From Dimorphilus gyrociliatus (Eukaryota; Animalia; Annelida), in assembly GCA_904063045.1 (NCBI GenBank), contig CAJFCJ010000001.1:682001-746000 (forward strand): a DNA stretch of 64,000 bases, read 5' to 3'. The translations under genes were made by a program, and so were the position numbers. Numbering within the stretch: the first letter of the stretch is position 1; every line of letters begins with the position of its first letter. Positions 1-13,651 of the stretch are shown here, one piece after another. The notes beneath the pieces were generated by a model. It had not been told where the DNA came from, searched no databases, and was given only the letters and a program-made list of their open reading frames with translations.

Positions 1-860
1 CTCATAGACGTTAAATCTAGTTGTAAATCGGCATTAGTTTCTTACTTTCATCTCGATTTGGCTTCGCTAAGCTCTGTGAGGAAATTTGTTCAGGAGCTGA
101 AAGACTCCAACATTCGTGTGAATATTTTGATCAATAATGCGGCAGTCGTCGGGGTACCTTATCAAAAAACAATTGACGGATTCGAATACATTTTTGGAGT
201 TAATTATTTAGGACATTTTCTATTAACGAACCTTATGCTGGATCTTTTAGAAGCAAGAGCTAGAATAATAAATGTTTCCGCTCATGCGCATATTTTTGGA
301 CATATTGATTTTGATAATTTAATGATGGATAGGGGTTTCAACTCTATTGTGGCATATTTCAATAGCAAACTGGCTATGGTATTATTTACTCAAGAAATAT
401 CGAGAAGATTAGATATTGAAGTTGCTTGCTCATATGCTCTCCATCCAGGCGCCATATACACTCAATTAACCAGACATTTTTTCTTTATGAGATATAAATT
501 TTTAAGGATGATAAGTGACCAATTGGGAAAACATTTCCTAAAGAATGCCAAACAAGGGATCCATACCATTCTCTATTGTGCTTTATCTGAAGAAATAGAA
601 GGTGTCAGTGGTAAATACTTCAGGTAGGTTACCTTTCTATGTCCATCTTTTTTATCATTTCCAGTTAAAGTATTTAAACAGTAACAGCTAGAAAAAATAT
701 GTTCATCTTGCTAAAAGAACAATGTTAATAAGAATTACTTTTCTTCTTATACAGCGATTGCAAATTATCCGTACCAATTCAAGAAGCTTTGGACATTGAA
801 ATAGCTGAGAGATTGTGGTCAACCAGCGAAGAGTTAGTAAGACTTAAAAAGGACGATTGA
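1..860 (+). CDS. Retinol dehydrogenase 12/13-like short-chain dehydrogenase (5' truncated by window edge)
   Basis: Frame open from base 1 (LDLASLSSVRKF...LINNAAV), YxxxK motif AYFNSK, LHPG motif. GT-AG intron 624-754, then last exon (S)DCKLSVPIQEALDIEIAERLWSTSEELV ending TGA at 858-860. Confidence 0.9.
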
Positions 861-1828
861 TTATGAACAGCTTCTTCCATTTCCAACATCTTCCTATGTT
901 TCTTTCCTCCCAAGAAAATTATTTTGTATTTTAAATTTCTGGAAAGTAGTCTTGTTTTTTAAATCAAAAACCAAAGAAAAAAAAGAAAATAACCAAACAA
1001 GACAGCAAATAAAATGCACTAGTCTACATTTGAGATAAAAAAAGAAGCTATCTCACACCTTTAAATAGTCATACCTTTTCTCTTTCTCTCTCATTAATTT
1101 ATTGATTCTCAAATTGTCTTGGAGTATTGTTAGTTTTATTTCTCTTTTATGAGTGTGAAATTTTGGTTTGCCTTTGTTTTCTGCTTTAAGTATATTAATT
1201 ATCTTCTTTAGCGATAATGATTTATCTTAGCCAACCAACCAATTGTCTTGCATTACTGTTTTATGCTAGAGTTTTATATTATGTTATTGGGTTTTTCTTT
1301 TGCCATTATTGCTCGTGTAAATTGATAAAATGCTGTAATAGATTAAAAAAAAACAAGCCATATTCTGCCAAGATGAAACGTGATGATCTGCTCGTTTTTT
1401 TAATAATAAATAATTATTAAATGAAAGCAAAAAGCTTTTTTCTTGTAATTTAATATCTCATTTTCATGGCATTTATTTATTTCTGAATTACATAGATAGG
1501 TACGTTAAAGTTCAATTTTACTTAATTTATTAAAAAAAATTCATTAAGTTTTTAAATGGAAACAAGAGAATTCTTTAGTAAAATTATATCTTAAATAATT
1601 AAAAATTCACGTAGATCTAATTTGTAGCTTTATTTCTAGTTTTAGCCATTACAATTATAAGCTCTAACACGTTGGCCATAAAGTGTACACAGCAAATACT
1701 GTGCTCTTTCAAAAAAATTTTTACAGCCGCTGTGCTGCGCTTAGCTTTGCTGAATATTTGAACATATTTTTTATTAGTTACGCGTTCGAGATGACGTTTA
1801 AAATTCTCTAAGAGTTGCGCAACTTAAA

Positions 1829-3395
1829 ATGAATATTTGTGGCACTATCTTTACGTTTCTTTTAAGATTTCTATCTAACATCGTTTTATGGTAATTATTA
1901 TTTAGCATTATTCTTTTCAGTAAATTGATCTTCTATTTTCTTTTCTATAATTGCAAACCGCTGAGCGATAATATAGCTATTTATAAATTTTCAGTCTCTG
2001 CAGTACGGTTTGCGTATGGTTAGTCAAGTGCTGTTTCATAAATAGGAGAAGAAATTCAAATAGAAAGCGTATAGCTTTCTTTCATCCATACTGTAATGCT
2101 GGGGGTGGTGGAGAGAGAGTACTCTGGATGGCTGTTAATAGTATTCAACAGACATATCCTAAGGCTGATATAACAATTTACAGTGGAGATTTAGATGCAA
2201 CATCTGAATCGATAATAGAAAAATGTAAAGAAAATTTTTCAATAACTCTAAAGAGACCAGTTAGTTTTGTTTGGCTTAAAAGTAGATTTTTAGTTGAAGC
2301 AAAATGCTGGCCAATCTTCACCCTTGCTGGTCAAAGCTTCGGATCTATGTTGTTATGTTTAGAAGCATTGTGGAAATTTACTCCTGATGTTTACATTGAT
2401 TCAATGGGTTACGCCTTTACACTTCCCATAGCTAAGATAATAGGATCAAAAGTTGGCTGCTATGTTCACTATCCAACCATAAGCACCGACATGCTTGACA
2501 AAGTAAGCTCCAGAAAAGCAGCTCATAATAACTCTCAACTCGTTGCTAAATCATCTATCTTATCCTCTGTAAAGCATTCATATTATAGATTGTTTGCTTT
2601 TCTATACGGCCTAGCTGGAAAAACGTCAGAGTGTGTAATGGTTAATTCATCATGGACTAAAAATCATATTGATTCATTATGGAATATAGACTCTATTAAA
2701 GTATTCCCCCCTGTTGACTTAAAAAGATTATTAAATATGAAAATTGATAATGAAAGATCAATTGTGTTATCCGTCGCCCAATTCCGCCCGGAGAAAGATC
2801 ATGAATTACAAATAAAAGCTTTCGCTAAATATCTTTCTTTTGGTACGGATACCGAAACAAGTATGATGTTAGTTGGTTCTGTTAGAAATCAGAAAGATGA
2901 AGAAAGAGTAGAAAAATTAAAAAGTTTGGCAAATTTATTAGGCGTTCGAGAAAGAGTAGAATTTAAGATTAACGCTAGCTACGAAGATTTATTGACATAC
3001 TTCAAAAATGCGGCTATTGGCTTACATACAATGTGGAATGAGCATTTTGGAATTGGTAAGTCGAATAAAATAAAAAATTATTAAATTTTAACATATCAAA
3101 TTAATATATTTAAAAACTGTTAGGTGTTGTTGAGTGTATGGCAGCAGGAGCTATAGCATTAGCCCATAAAAGTGGTGGTCCTAAAATGGATATAGTTACA
3201 CCCCTTAATGGAGAAACTACTGGTTTCCTGGCGGATACAATTGACGAATATGCAGAATATATCTCGAATATAATAAGAATGTCTCCTGAAAATCTGTTAA
3301 AAATTCGACAAAATGCAAGAAAAAGTGTAGAACGCTTTTCTAATGAAAATTTTCAAAAAGATTGGATAAAAGCCACAGAAATCTTATTTGTTTAA
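1829..3395 (+). CDS. ALG11: GDP-Man:Man3GlcNAc2-PP-Dol alpha-1,2-mannosyltransferase
   Basis: IAFFHPYCNAGGGGERVLW in frame upstream of ORF 2128; DSMGYAF, HYPTIS, AQFRPEKDH and MWNEHFGI|GVVECMAAG joined over intron 3056-3123. Putative first exon 1829-1890 (start less certain). Confidence 0.95.
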
Positions 3396-3473
3396 TGGAC
3401 AAAAGAAGCAGGTTAATTGAAAATGTTATAAAAAATAGTACATAAGCAAAAAACCAGTAAAGAAAATATTTGG

Positions 3474-4247
3474 CTAATACATTATAGTCTTTACGTCGTT
3501 AATCTCTTTGTTCTTTATGGCTTTTGTATATTAGAAAAGTTTGCACTTCTTTCTGAATTTGGTTTCTTTTTTTTGTTTACGACAAATATCAAAGTCGATA
3601 AGATCGTGGATGGAATAATAAACACAAAACTCATTATTATCATTATGAATGAATAGCTTATTGTAGTAGAACTAAAATTTTCTTCATACTTATGGTAAAG
3701 AGTTGAATGAATAATTATTACTATCAGTTGAAAAGTACCTGAAGAAAGAATAGTTGTTGTTTATATATAAAAAAAACTACTGAATGAAAAGATACCTACA
3801 CGATACTACGTTCAATAGCAGTAGAATTAAAAAATTTGATTCAACTGCTTCTCCACAATGATAGCTATCTTCTTCATCATCAGTTAATGCATTAAATATC
3901 CAACTATAAACGATTAAGCCAAATATATATACCAAAAATATAATCATTGCCAAAGCTTGAACAGCTTTAAAACTATGCTTTATATTTTGCGGATAGTGCC
4001 AATAGCAATGATCAAGTGTACAAGCTTTCCATAGTCCTATTTGAAAGGTATCCGTACCCCATATGTATTCTATTCGTGCTTTATACCAATGATTGGTTGA
4101 CCATCCAATGATAAAAAATAAAAGAGATATTAGAAATACAATCAGGTTCAACGCCAATCCTTTAGAAAGTTTCAATTTCTTATTTCCTATGTTCAAAACT
4201 TCGTATTTAAAGAGAATGTCTACAACCTTATTGTTTTGGTCAGCCAT
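3474..4247 (-). CDS. Claudin/PMP22/EMP-family four-TM protein
   Basis: W...GLWKAC-x4-C first-loop signature. Phase-1 intron 3739-3799 joins an exon encoding TM3/TM4 (TFQLIVIIIIH...SYSFIMIIMSFVFII) ending TAG at 3474. Confidence 0.8.
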
Positions 4248-4483
4248 TTTTTTTAATATAAGTACATGGATTGCTAATATATCGTCTTTATTATCTAAAA
4301 AATCAGTGATAAAGATAATTTTACGATTTTTGAAACATGAATAGTCCGCTAGATGGCTCTTGATGTTGTGCAAAAGAGAACAGCAGATCGTATTGATTTT
4401 TGGGTAAAAATCCCATCTAACAGATTTTTCCAGGAGATTTTACTGTCCTCTTTCTTTATTTTATCTTGAATATAAGAAAAACT

Positions 4484-7352
4484 ATGTCTTCCCTCATATT
4501 ATCTGCTAGATTAGAAGATGAAGATAGGAGAAAGGAGCTACGATCATTGCTGGAGGAGCTGCTGGCAACATTGGAGGATGTCGATGAATCAGTTCAGAGA
4601 GAGTTAATTGAAGAGAACATCATCAGAAATTCGTTAAAAGAAGATTTTAAAAGAGTTACTCAAACGTTAACTCGTCATGCTTGTGTACTAGTCGTTTCGG
4701 GTATAATGTCTATAATTATTTCCAACCCCATCATACCCTTTTAAAGAAGGAAACTTTTTATATAAACAAACCCTTTTTTGTTATAATTATTAAGGTTCCA
4801 ATTCGCCCTGCTCTACGAATATTGTAAACAAACTGCTAACAACCGAAGTCTTACCTACTAGTCTTCCTCCAACGTATACTATCAGATTCGGGGAAAAACC
4901 TAGCGCCAGGATAATAACAGAAGAGGGAAGGGTATATGAAATTGACGCCCTTGATATTCCTTGTGCTCAACAATTGGCTATATCTATGCTCGATATCCCG
5001 GGTAATTTAAGAGCTTTAGATATTTGCATTCCAAACGATTTATTAGAGGTATAGCACTTTTAAAATGAGATTTAAATGTTTTCACTATGTTCCCTTCAAT
5101 CTCCAGTTAAAGGTCACAATTGCTTCAATGCCTCCGCAAGACAGACTCTTAGAAAATTACTTGGCGGATCATGATCTCTTTGCTTTCGTATACGTATCCG
5201 CTGATAGTCCCAGTGAGGATAAACACGTAAGAATAAGATAATTAAATTGACTGATTTAATTAAAAACCAGCGTATCATGTTTAATAGTTAGAAGGTTTGC
5301 TTGATAGAATTAACGAACCAAGAGCATCAGTAATTGTTTATATGAGTGAGGAGGATGATTCTAAAGTATCAGAGAAAGAAGCAATGAGTTTACAAGCAGA
5401 ACATTTTATAACAGCATCCAGTTCTCATTTAACAGATGAGGAAATACTTCAAATATGCAACAAGGTTGATGAAGCTGCAAAAAGTGCTTTAAGAACCAGA
5501 ACAGAAGTCGTTTTTGAGTGGCTAGAAAGGATGACAAATAGGGCATTACATATTGTGGCTGCTCATGTTGCCTGGGATGAAATGAATACCCTTGAACTTA
5601 GAGAAAGACATCACGCCCTCTCTATGAGTTTAGAAAGAATTGAAAGAGACGCTGATAAAACTATTTCAGAATTGGAAAAAACTTTAGACGAAGAAATTCG
5701 AATCGCGACGATGAATCTCGTCTCTTATCTAAATAATTCAAATACTCATGCTAAAATGTCAATGTGGAGTAAAGATCATCTTCCCTATACGCAGCATTCC
5801 GACTTATGGCCCAATGTGGAAACTAAATTGCACGGTCATGTCGAGCAAAGAATTGCTAACGTTTTAAGGGAATGGGATGAAAGAACTCAATTGTTAAGAA
5901 AGATTTACAGTCGTATTAGAGATTCGTGTAGGGAAAAGTTAATGCCTATTGAATCTCAATTGGCAAACACAACAAAGGTAAATTTAAAATATTTCTCTCA
6001 AAAAGCGATAAATGAGTATGAAAATATCTTTAAAATTAATTAGGTTTTAGAAGGAGATATGCCAACCCTATTGAGCGTCAATGATGAAGATGTTACAAGG
6101 ACAATTAACGTAAGTGAATTATCCAGACCAACGAAATCAACCAGTTTTCCCCTAATAAAGAAATTAAGGCAGAGAGGAGATTTTTTAAGCTATTGTCGAG
6201 ATAGGGAAAAATACATGAGAGACTATTCAATGAAAATGCTTGAAACGATCAGCAATGAATGTATAGTTACGAAATATGTCGAAGACCAATTACAAATTTT
6301 AAGACAAACTCTGAGTAATGCTCGAGCAATTATACCTCACATAATACATGATACCAGAAGAGTTATGCACTCTCTTGCTGCTGATAGACGAAAATGTGCT
6401 GAAATAACCTCAAGACATAAATGTATCAACGCTTTGGCTCCTCTCCTCAAAGTAATTAAACTTTTATTTAAAATTCAATAAGGTTTTAACAAAAAAGTTG
6501 TATTTTTATTTGTTTGTTAAACTTCAGGAAAAGATCGCAAAATTTGCAAATCAATATGTTAGGAAATACGACATTGATTCTGAATCGGTCATAATAGGGA
6601 ATATTTGCGGGAAGAGTACCTGGAGTCTTTTGAAGGAAGGTTCTTGGAATGGTGCCGAATGTACAGTAAAATTGTATACTGGAAATGTTTCGGCAAGACA
6701 TATAGCATCCGAGGAGCATATTTTGAAACGAGTAAAGCATCCATATGTTGCATTCTTACTCGGTAGTCTACCCGTAGAAAATGCACCTGCTCTCTTAATT
6801 GAACAACATCTAAAGAGCGCCAGATCTTTTGCTTGGAGGAGGCGTGTGCCCAAGGCTGGTCGTATTCATACTCTCTCCGTAGGACGTCGTATTTTAGAGC
6901 AAACAAGCCTTGCTTTAGAATTTTTGCACACAAAAAAATTAGTACACATTGAGGTTCGACTAGATTCAATAATGATTGATGCTCAAAGTAACAAGGTACA
7001 GCTTTGTCACCTGGGCTCAGCAAGACCAATAGATATTAAAGAGGGGGAGAACGTTTCAGTTTATCTAGCACCCGAGGTTATTCGAGGCGGTACTTATACT
7101 TCACCAGCGGATGTTTACGGTATAGCTTTGGCGGCATATGAACTATGGCACAATACTATTGTAACTGATATTGACACTGTTAAAGCTGAATTAAACAATG
7201 ATACATCAGATTTTTTAGACTGTCCATATAGAGACTTAATCAAAAGATCGTTAATTGAAGATAAAAATTGCCGACCCGTCATTGGCGAGTGGATAGATGC
7301 AGTTCGATCACCATTATCTTTTGAAGAAGACTCTGACAAAGAATCAGACTAG
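4484..7352 (+). CDS. DSTYK-like protein: degenerate dynamin-like N-terminal region, helical region and C-terminal pseudokinase
   Basis: About 6 exons joined by short GT-AG introns. VLVVSGSNSPCSTNIVNKLLTTEVLPT resembles the degenerate P-loop region of DSTYK. Kinase fold TVK...HIEVRLDSIMID...CHLG...YLAPE...DVYG. Confidence 0.65.
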
Positions 7353-7832
7353 ACAGCAAAAAATTGAAATACTTTTGAGACAGTTAAGCCTACCGTCTTT
7401 ATAGTGTTATTAATACGACAACAACTTTAATGTGGAATTTTTAAAAATTATTTTTGTCATCAAAGCATTATCAAAACGAGATAATTGAAGATCTATTTTT
7501 AAAATTCTTCTTTATAAGAACTTCTAAATAATAATATCCTTTTATCCTTTCTTTGTAATATTAATTAGATGTTATTTAATATAAAATTTAAATCTTATAC
7601 TATTTTGAAGTTGTTTTTGTAGTTTGAAAATTGGCGCCTTGACAGCCTTCCGCCATTTTGAAATAGTTCTCAATTTTGCGACAGCCTTAGAGGCGGAAAT
7701 GATCGAAAATAGCCGAAGATTTCTTTCAATATTATTTTTGGCTCTTCTACTAAATATTAAAGGGACGAAACGTCTATTAGATTAATCAGGGTGGATTTAT
7801 TTACCAATTGCAAATAAAAAAATTGAAGCACA

Positions 7833-9322
7833 ATGGATAATAAGAGAGATTCAAATTCAAAAAAGGTCTCGGCAACTATCGGGTCCTTTTCCGAAGATGT
7901 TACGGTGGAACAATTTGAAATTTCCGACAAGAATGAAGAAACAACAGATAACGATAGTTCGTTTGATATTAATTCAGAACATATTAGCGACGACCTACAA
8001 GATGACAGATGTAATGAAACTTCTAGCAAAGTAGTTATTCAGGAGGTTGATAGTTTACAGCCAAATGAAGAACCATCTTACCGTAGATCAATGAAAAGAA
8101 AACCATATAGATATGAATGGAATGCATCAACAATGAAAGATGTATTAACAGTAAGATGTAAACAAGTAACAGGGTTCCTGCACAAAGAAAAGTTCGGTTC
8201 GGGTGGTAGGGGAAAGTGTATTCGAGTTAATGAAAAGTGGTTTACCCCCAATGAATTTGAAAATTTTTGCGGAAGAGGTAGTAGCAAAGACTGGAAAAGA
8301 TCAATACGTTATGGAGGAAGACCCCTGCAATTCTTGATTGAGGATGGTATTCTAGTTCCTCACGCTGCATCCTGTACATGTTCAGCTTGCTGTGATGATG
8401 AGAGTGTTGTAGGTGGTTTTCCTCTAGAATATCTCACTTTAATTTAATGATTAATCTATTTAAGTAACATCTAGCATAATGACTCTTTCCTTTCCAGAAT
8501 GCACCAGTAAGATTTTTTGTTCCATACAAAAGAAAGAAAAAAGAAATAAGTTCTTCTACCTCGGTGAAGAGATTAGCGTTATCCGACCAAGCCTTATCCG
8601 ACGTTACTTGTAAATTATTAAAAATATATCCAATGTCTTCAGGATAAATGTGTGAAATTTATGCTTTATTTCAGTAATACCAACACAATCTGATACGAAC
8701 TTGTCAAGAACTTCTTTTAATTCAGATATAATACCTGTACAATTTATCTCTGCCGATTTAGGGAACGTTTATCAAGGTACAACTATAATAGAACTACGCG
8801 AAAACAATTTATAATTTATATAATAGACTCTTCGAAAGAGAAAGAGCAAAATGTTAAAAAATGATTTATATTTAGATTCCACTGGGCAAACCTTGTACGT
8901 CCCATCTGTAACCACTAATACGACGTGTGAAGAGGAAAAAATATGGTGGCAATTGGAAACGGTAAAATCTTGGGATTAATAATATATTTTTTATTATTTA
9001 TATCTATTTAACAAAAAAAAAATGTTTATTCGGCAAAAATTTCAGAGTGTAAAGAGTATAGTCAACGAAGCTCAAAATTTACTATCTCAAATTCGGCAAG
9101 TCAAGCAGCAAGTTAATTTTGCTAAAGAAAAGGCTATCCGAGATTTAAAATCTCAACTACTAAAATCTAAACAAACTGAGGTTCTTTGAAGGCTTTTTTA
9201 TGTCTAAAAATATCTATATATCTATATAAACATAATTAAAAAAAACTTTTTTGTTACATTAACAGCCTGATGATTCAATAATGGATAATTCTTCATCATC
9301 AATGGTTTGGGCTTCTAAATAA
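7833..9322 (+). CDS. DEAF1: SAND-domain transcription factor DEAF1-like (no MYND finger found)
   Basis: [31 protein letters not shown]...[13 protein letters not shown]. The next exon (from 8498) reads [16 protein letters not shown], a DEAF1-specific continuation. Coiled-coil exon at about 9046-9181; stop at 9320-9322. Confidence 0.88.
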
Positions 9323-11348
9323 CACTAAAAGTATCTTATATTTTGTAATCAAGACCTGTCATAAAAGAAGAAATATTCGACCAGTTGATAGTAAATATTA
9401 ACATAACATATTTTATCAAATCACAGAGATAAATGAGAAAGGAAAATAGAAACAAATGACTTTGCCAATAATTTGAGATTTATGCTTGGCATTCGAAAAT
9501 TGTTTATCATTTCTATTTCATGCTGAATAAGCAAAAAAAATTATCGTTTGTTAACGAGTTAACTATTAAAAAAAGATAATTAATAGAGTATACTGGTTTT
9601 CTAAGGTGAATACTCTTCCTTTCTCTTTATTAATAAATAATGGAAAATTATTTATTGTATATTTTTATTTTCAAGTAATTAACTATTATATGAATAAATA
9701 TTAAGAAAACAGCGTACAAGTAACTGTAGTTATACTGTATATACAGTATATATAAATATTTATTGTTACATGTAAGAAATGAACTAAAATCACAGGGAAA
9801 TTTAAGCTCTTTCTTGGTAATTTCTTCTGTTACATAATCCCCTCTGGGGAAGTTTTACCGACTCTGGCAACTTATTCCATTAGTGTACCTAAAAAAATAA
9901 AAAGATCGGATGCAAACTGAGTAATCTCCAAGGGACTTTACTCCCTGTAAGAAACCCTTGTTAAATATAAATTTGTAGTTTGTCTGAAAGAAAAACAGGG
10001 AGGGAGAGATATATCTTAAAGTGCGAAATTTGCAAATTTTTAGATGGAAATAATGAGATGTTCGAAGGATGTCTTGGAAATCGTTTAGTTTAGGTCCAGA
10101 GAGTTAATCTCTTAAGGGATAGAGAAATTTTTTTTCTAGTCATCTTGAAATGAGTTTAGACGAGAAAGCAGTATTCCGTTGTGCATTTAGTTCTATTACT
10201 AAAATTAACTTTTAAAAGACAACTCTTTTTAATAAATATTTAATGCTGAAAGAAATGGGTTGAAACAATTAAGAATTTAATCGCTTAACGCCTAAGAAAT
10301 GTCACAAAAAAAGAAAAACTATTATTAGAGGCAATACAGAATGTTTCTTTTGATTGCGTAACAAAACATGCTATTGACGTTCAGTTGCCGAAATATGAGG
10401 ATTAGTTATCTTTAAAATAAAAACTAATATAATCTATATATATATATAGATATATATAGAGTTTTCAAAAAGTGCTACAATACAAGATCAATATTAAATT
10501 ACGAAAATTACTAATAAATAAATAATAATTGATCATTTAGAAGCTTTCTTCATATAATCTTTAATATAGTTGGTCAGTTGCTTTATGAAATAATCACAAT
10601 ACCGGAAATTATACACGAAAATGAACTATGAAAGAGATTATTTATACAATATCTTCCAATCTTATTAATAAATGAAACAAAACGAAAATTTACTTTGTCA
10701 GCGAAATTTTTTCTTTAATTTAAAGAGTTTTCCACTTCTAGTGAAAAGTAAAAGCTCTACTTTGTTTTACCAAAAGGTGGAGTCACCTGTATTTATTGTT
10801 TCAAGTTTACAAAGAACGCAATAGATTATTAAGTAATTGATTACTGAACAAACTATTTTAATCTTGCTAGAAACATATTTTTGTCCGATTTAAAGAATAC
10901 TATTTTTTATTTTGGCTCTACAAACAAAAATAAAAATACGCTTACAGATGGAGCAGTAAACCAGTTTAAACTGGAAAACGTTTGCAGAGGTAGTCACGCG
11001 GCTTGGAATAAATTATATATCTGTAATCGATTAGCATGCTTCCAGCCAAAATGCATTTAGGACCCGCTCTTGGGTAGGTAATGGCTCTGGACTGTTACTT
11101 CGTAGCTTCAAACGTTCTTTGGCACAAGATGCAGACTGTACAGTTCGTTATCATTTTTTTACTATTTGCTGTCTTAAATAATCATATGTTCTTTACCTGA
11201 GCGCTTTTTTTGCTTAGCAACACGCGCGCCGGCGTCCAAAATTGCACCGAGTGACTGCAATCATACGCACTGCAATATTCGGGGTTAATCATGAAAATTT
11301 CCACTGATGTTGTTTTTATTCTCATTTTTCCATCGTCGTGGATAGGTT

Positions 11349-13289
11349 ATGAATTGGGCTCTGACTGTGTAAGAACGTCTTTTTTATGCTTATTCGATTT
11401 AGAGTTATTTTATTTTTGGCTTTACTCATTAATTTATCGCTTGTTTTAGGAAATTTTACTCGAAACTATCTTGACGTTATAGAGAAATGATTATAAGGTT
11501 TTTTTTGATTAATTAAACGCTTTCTACCATCAAGTAAGGGCGAACGAATAATGTAATTTCTTGTAATTATTGCATGTTCATACAGTTTTTGAACGATTTC
11601 TGTTTAAAATTGAGAAAGTTAGTTCTTAGGGATTAGTCGATATGTATAAAAGAGGAATAAGATATATTCTGTACAAGTGCAGGAAGTCTTTGTCGACTTT
11701 TTCTTTGGAGGGTGTGTTCGTGATTCGCCTTTCAGCCTTAAAGTATCTTACTTTGGCGTTAGAAATTACTATCATTCTGTGCGAAATATACTTCATTAAT
11801 ACAAAACTAAACACTATCCAGGAGAATTTCTCTAAATCCCAAAGCGATTTTGAATTTAGACTATTTGCTTTTATATGTACAACAGTTACTTAGAAAGCGC
11901 TCTTTGTCTTTTTTTTTCATTATAACTATATTTAAACTTTTATCTTCTCTTTAAACTCAACTAAAAAACTATCTCTTTTCGATTTGCAGTGCCGTTTCTC
12001 ACAATTCGTCGAATTTTCGTTGTTCCAACTTAGCGAATTTTTCTGACGCAAAGCAAGCTGGTCGTCTTATAGAGGCCATTAAATCGAAAGACCTTAAGAC
12101 ATTGAAACGTCTCTTGGCCAAAAAACCAAATGGATTAGATGTCTTTCATCGTTTCGACGATGGTTTGGAGAAGATGACCGCCCTACATTATGCTTCATTG
12201 TCGGGCTATGCAAAAATTGTTGATGAATTAGTATCTGCCCAAGCAGATGTTAATGTCGTGACACCTTTCGATGAAGCAACTCCATTACACTTAGCCTGCC
12301 AGTATCCGAATGAAGTTGAAGTCTTGCAAATGGCTACAACACTCATAAAGGCTGGTGCTCAAGTGGACGTTGGGGATCATAGTTGTTGTACACCTTTGAT
12401 TATGGCCTCCGGAATGGGTCACTTGAATGTAGTAAGACTACTGCTGGACAGAGGAGCTCAACTTAATTCAAGGGCATGTCAGGAAAGTTATCCGCTCTCC
12501 GTTCGTTGGTCTCTGGATAATCTCCAGTTAAGTGAAAAAGAAGCAGATGAAATGGTTGATCCATTTACGGGTAATTCGGCCCTTCTTCAAGCTACTCGGG
12601 AACATCACATGCCGGTTGTTCAAGAATTATTGAAAAGAGGGGCCATACTCAACATCGCTAACAAAGCGGGTAATACTGCACTACATGTTGCTGCTAAGTC
12701 TGAATCTCGGACTATTTATTCCGATCCGGAGAAGCCTTCAGAAAGAACTCCTGTCGCCGGACATGTAGGAGTTGTAAAGGCTTTGCTTCGGTCCGGAGCG
12801 ATACTAGATGCTCGTAACAAGCATGGGGAAACACCTCTTCGAAGAGCCGTTGATGGTATTCATGAAATAGGAGAGTGGAGCGTCTCTTTTGATAAGAGGG
12901 AGAAGGAAGCAACTACTTTCTTAACTATTATGCAGCTGCTGTTATTCGCTGGTTCTAGGCCTACCAACCAAGACAGCATCCTATCTAGACTGCTTGAAGC
13001 CGTACCTAAACGCCGCCAGCATCAACACGTCAATGAACTTATCGAAAAAGTCGCCAAGATGTTGATAATGGCTGGCGGCGAAGTAACGTCCGAAATGATC
13101 AATGTCAGCATGAGACATATGCCGTCCATTGTTGGTCTGTTGCAGCGGCATAAAGACTCACCCATGTCATTGAAGCAGCAAAGCCGTCTGGCAATTCGGC
13201 GTTATGCTAGGAAACCGCTTTTCGATACGCTACATTACGTACACCTACCCTCCATAATGAGGCAATATGTTACATTGGAAATTCTTTGA
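11349..13289 (+). CDS. Ankyrin-repeat and SOCS-box protein (ASB family)
   Basis: Multiple ankyrin repeats (TALHYAS, TPLHLAC, TPLIMAS, TALHVAA) and C-terminal SOCS box SPMSLKQQSRLAIRR...LP. Main exon from acceptor at 11989; a phase-compatible short first exon 11349-11368 is tentative. Confidence 0.88.
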
Positions 13290-13651
13290 AATACAATCTA
13301 AATAGTAATACAAAAAGGCCACCAAAAAAAACAAAAAAAAAACCAGAAAACTAAATCAATAACACAAAGAAGAGAATCTTAGTCATCTTAACATGAAAAT
13401 ATAAAAAACTAATAATCGACCGAAAAATATCTAAATTTGTTGAAAGGAAAAAATTGATAAGAAACAATATAATAAGAAAAAATGTATACAAAAAAAACTT
13501 GGATAAAAAGGCTTTCACTGTCTCTTTCCTATTTAATTCATTTGTGATTTGTATCTCTATGTGCCTTAGTTTATCTGTCTCGTATCCACGCCTTATCTAG
13601 TCAACGAGAATATATACGGCACTAATAAACATAATTTATTTAACTTATTTG

